NCBI RefSeq assembly: GCF_032191835.1
Contig: NC_083237.1
Location: 11,532,001 to 11,596,000, forward strand
Origin: Heteronotia binoei
Lineage: Eukaryota
Length of the DNA stretch: 64,000 nucleotides
Reading direction: 5' to 3'
Shown: positions 55,191 to 64,000 of the stretch, piece by piece
Layout: each line of letters begins with the position of its first letter
Numbering within the stretch: position 1 is the first letter of the stretch
Translations under genes and position numbers: made by a program
Notes under the pieces: generated by a model
Seen by the model: only the letters and a program-made list of their open reading frames with translations
Told to the model about the DNA's origin: nothing
The model's database searches: none

Positions 55191-57088
55191 CAATCCACAG
55201 CAATCCTAACCAGCTCTACTGGAAAGTAAGTACCATGACATTCACCTGAGCTAATTCCCAGGAAAGCATGTTTCGTATTGCAGCCTTAAGATGCAGGTTT
55301 ACTTTTACAGTATCCCTGGCTTTTATTCCTAATGAACTGTCCTCAGTGTGCATCAATTATGCTCCCAATTGATGATGCAATGACAGCTGTGTAAGCACAC
55401 ACACCCCTCTGCTTTTGCACACACCTTCCCACTCCAAGGCCTTTTCCATTTCTCCCTTAAAAAAAAAAAAAAGGTTCCTCTACCTGCTGTCTTGCCAAGC
55501 GGAGTTCTACTGCTATGTCTTGTACAAGTGGAAACACATACTTCAAATATAATAATGTTTTCATAATGCAAACTTAATTAGGGGAGGAAAAAAATGCATT
55601 TTTGCTAGGACAAGAGTGCATGCAATTGCAGAAGAGGGCCATAGAATACAGGTCCTTGTGCTTTGTCTCTTGGTCTACCTATCTGAACCCGCCCTGCTTC
55701 TAACATCATAACCTCGGATGGAATGTGGTACTAAGATCCTTCATTCCTATTTGCAGTAATTCTAAATATATGCATCAGCCCCCCGCCCTTCAAAGCATAG
55801 TGTTCACATAAGCCTTCATGTACTGTGGATTGTCACCATTCACATCAATGGAAGGACAAGCTAAGCATTTTTAAAATTATCATTATGCCGTTTATTCCCA
55901 CTATCGATCCCATCATTGCCAGGCACTGTAGAAGGAGATTTGTCAGAACAATGATGTTTTTCTTATAAATCTGATACAGTCTTTTTGACCAATGTAAGAA
56001 CTTTTTCTTCCTTGTATGTTTAAACAGTATGTGATCTCAGATTTCTCAAAAATCCTTCTGCGCCTACTGTGACTTTCTATTCTTTTCTCCCTTTCTCACA
56101 ATACGAGAACTCGTGGACATTCAATGAAATTGTTGAGCGGTCAGGTTAGAATGGATAAAAGGGAATACTTCTTCACCCAAAGGGTGATTAACACATGGAA
56201 TTCACTGCCACAGGAGGTGGTGGTGGCTACAAGCACAGACAGCTTCAAGAGGGGATTGGATAAAAATATGGAGCAGAGGTCCATCAGTGGCTATTAGCCA
56301 CAGCATATTATTGGAACTGTCTGGGGCAGTGATACTCTGTATTCTTGGTGCTTGGGGGGGGGGCACAGTGGGAGGGTTTCTAGTGTGCTTGCCCTCCTGA
56401 TGGCACTTGCCTTTCTGATGGCACTTGGGTTTTTTGGCCACTGTGTGACACAGAGTGTTGGACTGGATGGGACTTTGGCCTGATCCAACATGGCTTCTCT
56501 TATGTTCTTATGATGACCATCCATTTGGTTACATTAGTGTTACATTCTGTTACTTTAGTGTTTGCACTGTTTATACACAAATATTTGAGCCTGAAGGTCC
56601 TCCTGTAATAGAACTGAAGCATCTATGAAAGTCTTGGGAACATAAAGAGCCATTCCTTTTTCATGAGTTTTATTTTCAATATACAGATTGCATTTGGAAG
56701 GGAATGCACAAGGACTGTCAACTCCAAAGTAGCATCAGAGCCCCAGAATTTAAGAGTTATTAATTTATTTGTTCAACTGTTTGTTTAAACATTTATACCC
56801 CAACTTTCCTTGTGGTTCAAGGTATTTATAGTTGAAATATATATTCAGTTGAAACTAAAAATAAAACAGGAAACTCCCAAATTCTCCCCCTCTCCTCTTC
56901 AAAGATCACCACTATTTGAACCCCCTCAGAAGCTCTGGCAAACTGGCAGGTCTTGCAACCTCTCCTGAAGATCTCCAAGGAGGAGGGGGCCCCTCAACTC
57001 TTCAGAGAGACCATTCCATGGAGCAAGAACCAAGATGGAGAAGGCCCAGTCTCTGGTTGGTTCCAAATGGACCACACTAAGCGGTGGA

Positions 57089-57881
57089 TAGGGTTGCCAA
57101 GTCCGATTAAAGAAAAATCTGGGGACTTTGGGGGCGGAGCCAGGAGACTTTGGGGGTGGAGCCAGGAGACATTGGGGGTGGAGCCAGGAACAAGGATGTG
57201 ACAAGCATAATTGAACTCCAAGGGAGTTCTGGCCATCACATTTAAAGGGACAGCACACCTTTTTAAAATGCCTTTCTTCCATAGGAAATAATTTAAAACA
57301 GGGGCACCATCTTTTGGGTCTCATAGAATTGGACCCTCTGGTCCAATCGTTTTGAAACTTGGGGGGTATTTTGGGGAGAGGCACTAGATGTTATACTAAA
57401 AATTTGGTGCCTCTACCTCAAAAAATAGCCCCCCCCAGAGCCCCCAATACCCACAGATCAATTCCCTATTATTCCCTATTGGAATCGTTCTCCATAGGGA
57501 ATAATAGAGTGCCCAGTAGACATTTCCCTCTCCCCCCCATGCTTTCTAAAGGGGGGGAGGGCCTCCAAACTAGGGAATCCCCTGCCCCCTCCCTCTCTCT
57601 CACACACAAATACTCACTATATCTTCTTCCGGAGAACTCTACTTGCTCTGAAAACGAAAGGAAAAAAAGGGAGGGGCTGTTCTCTGAAGCCCTTCCTGCT
57701 TCCTGCCCAGCCTTAAAGGGGCCACACATTTTACAAATGGCTCAGGATCTCAACAATATGAAGCCTACAGGTATGTTCTTCCCCCCCACCCCCCCACCCC
57801 CGCTTCCCGATTTCTGGGGAGCGGGAGATGAGGCTGCGAACCCAGAAGTCCCCCGCCAGGGCGGGAGGGTTGGGAAGCCTA
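57089..57881. mobile_element. Complete non-autonomous hAT element with asymmetric ends (TAGGGTTGCCAA / TTGGGAAGCCTA)
   Basis: Perfect 8-bp TSD gcggtgga (57081-57088 and 57882-57889). Confidence 0.92.
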
Positions 57882-57979
57882 GCGGTGGAATAGTCAGCAG
57901 ATGTCTGCCTGATTACCATAGTTGGCGCACAGGGACGTATAGAAGGAGGAGGTTCTTCAACATTACCAATCCTCTCCAC

Positions 57980-58151
57980 CAGGGCTTTTTTTGTAGCAGG
58001 AACTCCTTTGCATATTGGGCCACACACCCCTGATATAGCCAATTCTCCAGAGCTCTTAGTACAGGGCCTACTGTAAGCTCCAGGAGGATTGGCTACATCA
58101 CGGGTGTGTGGCCTAATATGCAAAGGAGTTCCTGCTACAAAAAAAGCCCTG
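57980..58151. mobile_element. Palindromic hAT MITE
   Basis: cagggctttttt / aaaaaagccctg with a 7/8 TSD ctctcca(c/t). Confidence 0.85.
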
Positions 58152-59083
58152 CTCTCCATCATCTGCTGTGAAAACACTACTTGGGTAACTTAAGAGAGTC
58201 AACCAAGGGTCCTGCTTTTCTTAGCAACTCTGAGAGATCACACAAAAGTGGTATCTTTCATACCTGGTCTTGGCTTGTGGGAGTAATTGAAAATATATTC
58301 CATGTCAGTGGAAGAAAAGGTTTCCCTGTGTGTCAACGTTACTTCTCATGGTTCCACATAAAAGAATATATCATAGCCTCCAAAATGGTCAGAGCACATA
58401 ATAGGAAAATGTAGATCACAACATTATATATCTGAAATTAAGCGGGGGGGGGGGGTGACCAACTATTCATCTAACCTATTTGTCCATCTACTTATCTGTA
58501 TGGGTTAGAACCAATGTTCCCTCTAAGGTACAAAAAAATTCTACTTTGTGAGCTATTGGCATTAAAATTATGAGCTACTGAGCCTACTGGCATTAAAGCT
58601 GTGAGCTACTGCATAAATTAGTGGGCTCTGGGGTCATCTTTCCTGGGCTAAGACAAAATGTGTGAGCTGGAGGCTACAAATCTGTGAGCTAGCTCATTCT
58701 ATCTCAGTTTAGAGGGACCACTGGTTGGCTCCTACCAAATTTTTCTCTCAATCTCACTCTATTCCCTTCTTTACAAAACCCCTTTCACCCATGGCTGTTG
58801 TACATGAGGTCTCATGATCCCCAGAATAGCAATTTGGAGGGGAGGCCTCCTCCGTTTGCATGTTTCCCCCAGCAAACTGATATCCAACTGTATATAACTG
58901 TATATAACCTTATGTAAACTGTATGTAAACTGGCATCCAACTGTATTTCCTGATTATGATTGGTTGGATAACTCAATATATAAGTAATGGGAAAGGAAGA
59001 TTAATGGAGTTGCATGAATAGATGGATGGGTAAGTGAACACCAGGTTTCTTCTACATTCTTCAAATCTCCATTTTAAAAAATG

Positions 59084-60043
59084 CTACACATGATTCATCA
59101 GCAATTTCTGAGCCAAAACTGCTTTGCTCTGAGCAAAAATTTCACCCAGGATTCCCTTGAACAAATCATTCCTCAGAGTATAGACAAAGGGGCTCAGAAA
59201 TGGATTGACTATACTACTGAGTAATGCTGGAATTTTGCGAGCCCCCAAAGAGGATTTCTCAGATGGAATCACATACAGTAAGATGGAGACAGCTGTAGAC
59301 ATTAGAAACAAGGTGAGATGTGCAGTGCACGTGTTGAAGGCCTTTTTTCGACCGGTGCCAGTGGGTATACGCAAAATGGCAGAGGCAATGTAAGCATAGG
59401 AGATGACCGTCAAAGCTAAAGAGCAGAGAATGACGAATGATGACAACACAAAAGTGACTAGCTGTATGAGGCGTGTGTCAGTACATGAAAGCTTCAGTAG
59501 AGGTTCGCTGTCACAGAAAAAGTGGTCAATGATGTTTGACTTGCAATAAGACAACCTGATGATTATAATGGTTGGATAAAGGACAGAGCAAAACCCGCCC
59601 AACCAGCAAAACAACACTACCTGGACACATACATGGCTGTTCATGATGGAAGAGTAGCGCAAGGGGTTGCATATGGCAACATAGCGGTCGTAAGACATAC
59701 ATGTCAGGAGGAAATATTCCACTGTGCTCAAAAAGAAATAGAAGTAGGATTGGGTCATGCAACCAGCAAAGGAGATAGTCTTGGCATTGGAGAAGAGATT
59801 CCTCAGAAAGTTGGGGACAGTCACCGTGGAAAAGGCAAAGTCCAGCACAGAGAGGTTGGCGAGGAAGAAGTACATGGGTGTGTGAAGGCGGGTCATGGTG
59901 GCAATGATGAACAGAACTGACATGTTACCAAGCAATGTCAAGAGGTAGACAGCCAAGAGAACCATCGCCAATAAGATCTCTGCTTTGTGTCCAATCAGAA
60001 AGCCCAGCAGGACAAAGTATTCATGTTCAGTGTGGTTTCCCAT
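59084..60043 (-). CDS. Olfactory receptor, class II/gamma, intact (~319 aa from MGNHT; alternative start 60064)
   Basis: Motifs [43 protein letters not shown] and PFLSPFVYTLRN; NHT sequon. Convergent with the + strand ORs. Confidence 0.94.
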   Translation of the reverse strand: MGNHTEHEYFVLLGFLIGHKAEILLAMVLLAVYLLTLLGNMSVLFIIATMTRLHTPMYFFLANLSVLDFAFSTVTVPNFLRNLFSNAKTISFAGCMTQSYFYFFLSTVEYFLLTCMSYDRYVAICNPLRYSSIMNSHVCVQVVLFCWLGGFCSVLYPTIIIIRLSYCKSNIIDHFFCDSEPLLKLSCTDTRLIQLVTFVLSSFVILCSLALTVISYAYIASAILRIPTGTGRKKAFNTCTAHLTLFLMSTAVSILLYVIPSEKSSLGARKIPALLSSIVNPFLSPFVYTLRNDLFKGILGEIFAQSKAVLAQKLLMNHV

Positions 60044-60884
60044 TCCTAACCTCATGAAAGACAAACATTAAAAAAAAAAAGTTTTGATCCCTCTGAATAT
60101 AAACATGATAGAAAATTCAATTTATCCTTTTTTTTTTTGTGGTAACCCACTTATTCACATTTTGAGTGTTTCCTTACCTTCCATTTCAAATCTGTTTTCA
60201 ATGCTACAGTGGAGAAATGTACTGGACTATGAACTTCTGTTTCAAAATATGTGAAGGGAAGCAAGAACTTTGATTTCACAATCTCTTTGGATACACTTGG
60301 AGAAATATGTTCATAGTTCACCATTTCAGAACTGCAATAATCCTTCAGTGCAATCCTAAACAGTGTTACAGAGTTTCGATGTCCACTGAAGTCAATCATT
60401 TTACAGAAGTGTAGGGCTGTACTGTTGGCTTCCTTCTATCTTTGATATATTTGCATCCTGGTGTTACTTTTCACATTTCAATACTTACTTCAAGGACAAT
60501 ACAGACATATCCGATGGTTTGTTTGACTGGCAATTATTTTTCATAAGAAAGGCTCGGGGACCGAAAAGACCAGGCAATAGTACTCTCAGGATTGAACAAA
60601 CATCTCCTTATAAACTATGAAAGAAATAGATAACCTTAATACTTTGGGGGTATTATGCTTTAAAACTTTCTTTGCACAGAACACCTTTGTGAATACAACC
60701 ATAACTGTTTGCCATGTCTGACTAATGCATCTGAATATCCAGAAATTCCAACACCTTTCAGACTACGTATGCCAGCCCATCTCATGTCAGTAATTGTCAA
60801 CATTCACCCACATAGCTAAGACTTCCCAAACATTCACAAAGGCCTTGGGATCTGCTGCAAGGGCAAATTTTTCTTGCAAGTATG

Positions 60885-60984
60885 AATTTTCCATGCATTA
60901 GTCCTTGCTATGGAAGGCTGAATTTTTCTTGTATTAGTCCCTGCTACGCAAGGCCAAATTTTTCATCCATTAGTCCCCGCTATG
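60885..60984. repeat. Degenerate 36-bp tandem repeat (~3 units) upstream of the minus-strand OR
   Basis: aattttccatgcattagtcc / aatttttcttgtattagtcc / aatttttcatccattagtcc at 60885, 60921 and 60957. Confidence 0.7.
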
Positions 60985-61034
60985 TGAGTTACACCCAAAG
61001 CAAACACTAAGCATAGTCCTAAATAGAGCTATAA

Positions 61035-61325
61035 GAGCCCTGTGGTGCAGAGTGGTAAAGCTGCAGTACTGCAGTCGGAGCCCTCTGCTCACAACCTGAG
61101 TTCGATTCCAGCGGAAGCTGGTTCAGGAAGTCGGCTCGAGGTTGACTCAGCCTTCCATCTTTCCGAGGTCGGTAAAATGAGTACCCTGCTCGCTGGGGGG
61201 AAAGTGTAATGACAGGAGAAGGCAATGGCAAACCATCCTGTAAAAAGGTCTGCCGTAAAAACGTTGTGAAAGCAGCGTCACGCCAGAGTCGAAAACGACT
61301 GCTGCTTGCACAGGGGACCTTTCCT
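61035..61325 (+). mobile_element. tRNA-head SINE with RTE/Bov-B-type tail (Sauria/Squam1-like)
   Basis: Head tgtggtgcagagtggtaaagc..gagttcgattcc, gagaaggcaatggcaaacca and accttt tail. Family name is inference. Confidence 0.7.
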
Positions 61326-61529
61326 ATCCAAACAGAGCTATGCCTTTCTAAATCAATTGAAGTCAATGGGTTTAGAAGGCCTTAACTTTGCTCAAGATTG
61401 CACCGTGCATTAGGAGCAGGAAGGTGATGCACATGGAAGTGGTATGATAGGAATGTTAATGTGCTTCCAAAAACAATTTAGTAGAAGCATCCAGATGATG
61501 CATCCAAGGAAAATCCACATATATGCTAC

Positions 61530-61745
61530 CAAGAGCCAGCTGCTGTAGTGGGCAGAGTGGCAGACTAGGATCCCGGAGAGCCAGGTTTGAATGCCCGCTC
61601 ATAGCATGGAAGCTTTCTGGGTAACTTTGGGAAGTCACACGCTCTCCCCTAAACTACCTCACAATGTTTTGTGAGGGAAAACAGAAAAGAGGATAGGCCC
61701 CTATTTGGGAGAAAGGTGGAGTAAAAATTAAGTAAGTAAGTAAAT
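61530..61745 (+). mobile_element. Older MIR/Squam3-like CORE SINE
   Basis: gctgctgtagtgggcagagt..., ctacctcacaatg and (TAAG/TAAA)n tail. Confidence 0.6.
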
Positions 61746-63209
61746 ATGTATGATAGAGAAGTAGGAATCCTTTAGCTACTGCGCTTAGGAAAGCCAGATG
61801 TGCTACTTACTTCATTAGATAGCATTGTGGCACTTCTTTTCATCATCTTGGGTTTGGTACCCAACGTTCTTCATTTTTATATATTCCTCAGTTTAAAAAG
61901 GAACATCCACATTCTTAATTTCTAGGATTTTTTTTTTTAAAGGACCTCTTTTTCAGAAGTAAGTCCCACTGAGTTCAAAAAGATGTATTTCCGGCGGGGG
62001 GTTGTCCATGCCTTTCACTGAAAAAGTTATTATTCCATCTCAGATATTGTCCAGCTATCATTGGGTAAAAATTAAAGCCAGCTAGCCCCTTATTAGATCA
62101 CTAGTTTTTATCAGCCACACACTGAAGTGTCCTGAAAAAAGGTTCCCGGCAAAATGACACAGCCTTCATTTTCTCTTGCCCTTGACTGGGAATTATATGA
62201 GTTTCCTTTTAAACAACAGCTGACAACATGCTCCACCATTGGGAAGAGGTCTTAAAGAAACAGTACAGGAAGGAAGTTCTTACCAAATAGTGAAGTGAAT
62301 GAAAGCAAGGAAAGAGAAAATATATGTATGGATCTGAATAGAATTTAAAGGGCAAATGAAAAAGAAGGGAATGGGAGCAGAGTCTACGAGTCTAGGATTT
62401 GCTAATCTCTGACAACATAATCCAAAATTCTGATGTTCTCCACCAAGAAGAAACATTCATGGTTAATTTCCGAATAAATAACAGATCCTTTTAGAACTCG
62501 CTTTTTTTTTTTTTAAACTCAGTGGCACTGCTTTCACAAGATAACTCCATTGAGCTTCTCAAGGGAAGCAATTTAGAAATGTTTGCCCACATGAGGATAA
62601 CATATTAGCAAGGAAATTAGGGAATAGTGTCAATGATCTATTAAAATATAGCGGTATGTTCTCAAACTGGCTTATGAGTAATGTGAAAATTACTCATTTC
62701 ATATATTTAAGCAATAAAATGACAAACTTATCTTTAACAAGACAACACCATTCGCATTAAAAATAGCAATTGAATCAAAGATCTATAATAAAGCCTCCTT
62801 AAAATTAAGAGCAGAATCTAAAACTAGGGAGAGAGAGAAATATGTTCTCAGACTTGGCATTTATGACATAAACAATGTAATCCTAAAAATACTTTTCTGG
62901 GAGTAGGCCTCATTGAACATGCCTTAGTAGGATTCAGAGTAGATCTATTTAGAATAGCTTTCTTAGAGCCCATTCCTAACCATCTTTACTAAGAAGGCGG
63001 GCAATCCCATCAAATTTAATGGAATTTATTTTCCAATTGATGTGCTCCTTTTAGTAGGAGTCTTAATGTCTAGGATAATTTCTTCAATGTCTCTGTGTTT
63101 TGCCTGTTTAAACATCTATCAGATTTAAAAGCCTACTATTTAAAACAAAAAAAAATCAAATAAAATGTAGAAGAAGCATTCTTCATAGCCGTAACTAGGG
63201 AGGCAGAAC

Positions 63210-63800
63210 AGCTTCAAGAGGGGATTGGATAAGCATATGGAGCAGAGGTCCCTCAGTGGCTATTAGCCACAGTGTATTGTTGGAACTCTCAGTCTGGGGC
63301 AGTGATGCTCTGTATTCTTGGTGCTTGGGGAGGGCACAGTGGGAGGGCTTCTAGCCTCACTGGTGAACCTTCTGATGGCACTTGGGTTTTTTTGACCACT
63401 GTGTGACACAGAGCATTGAACTGGATGGGCCATTGGCCTGATCCAACATGGCTTCTCTTATGTTCTTATATAGAATTGTAGAATCACAGATTTGGAAGGG
63501 GCCATGGAGGTCATCTAATCCAACCCACTGTTCAATGCAGGATCAGCCTAGAACAACCCTGACAAGTGTTCAGCTACTGCTTAAAAACTGCTCACTACCT
63601 CCTTTGGTGGCTGATTCCACTGTTGAAAAACTCTTACTGTGAAACAGTTTTTCCTAAAACCCAGCCAGTACCTTTCTGCCCATAATTTAAACCCATTATT
63701 ACGAAGCCTATTCTCAGCTGCCGACATGAACAACTTCCTGCTCTCCTCTAAATGACACCCCTTCAAAAACCTGAAAAGAGCAATCATGTCCCCCTCCCCA
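63210..63800. mobile_element. Two CR1 3' fragments tail-to-tail (+ at ~63210-63468; - at ~63470-63800)
   Basis: The + copy ends ggcttctcttatgttctta. The - copy encodes ALFRFLKGCHLEE..LF..ENRLRNNGFKL (63581-63787). Confidence 0.85.
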
Positions 63801-64000
63801 ACCTCCTCTTCTCCAGACAGAACATCCCCAAGTCTCTGACTTTCAAGTGGGTAGCCATGTTAGTCTGTGCAGTACCAGAACAAAAAATTGAGACTTATAG
63901 CACTGCAAATACCCACAACCCCCCAGCCCAAGGTACAAGTTATTCAATCAATGCTCACTTTGTCAGATGACTAAGACAAGTAATAACTTGGAAAACATTG

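Larger units (their letters stand above)
44701..56742 (+). repeat. Segmental duplication block Y (contains OR copy 3)
   Basis: Collinear with block X but with one OR unit, one ~865-bp unit (47483-48526), a 2.8-kb deletion and private insertions. Confidence 0.92.

Noticed and set aside
21054-56742. Duplications as pure assembly artefact
   Set aside because: Copies differ by several percent, with private insertions, TSD-bearing filled/empty sites and unique junctions. A haplotype mis-join cannot be fully excluded without reads.

Overview
Vertebrate genomic DNA from a squamate reptile, most likely a gecko (inferred from the Squam3/Squam2/Sauria-type SINEs, lizard-type CR1, L1 and Bov-B). The window is part of an olfactory receptor (OR) cluster. 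It holds six intact single-exon class II/gamma-type OR ORFs (7518-8465, 18719-19657, 26187-27134, 35295-36242 and 49180-50127 on +; 59084-60043 on -), three OR relics, and a processed SUB1/PC4 pseudogene interrupted by a hAT MITE. The centre is a nested tandem duplication. Block X (~21054-44175) is repeated as block Y (~44701-56742). X itself contains an internal repeat (21726-29090 and 29091-38243), giving three near-identical OR paralogues. Each of these three copies carries 2, 4 or 1 units of an ~865-bp tandem repeat. Several rearrangement junctions abut the ends of non-autonomous hAT elements. The other most unusual observations are a 12 x 67-bp head-to-tail array of a CR1 3' end with 4-unit periodicity, an inverted templated patch replacing a MITE hairpin tip, and three-way divergence at OR ligand-pocket positions. 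I see no prokaryote-type features (CRISPR, operons, rRNA) and no clearly novel protein family. The novelty, if any, is mechanistic: how OR genes are born and diversify here. All alignments and counts were done by eye.
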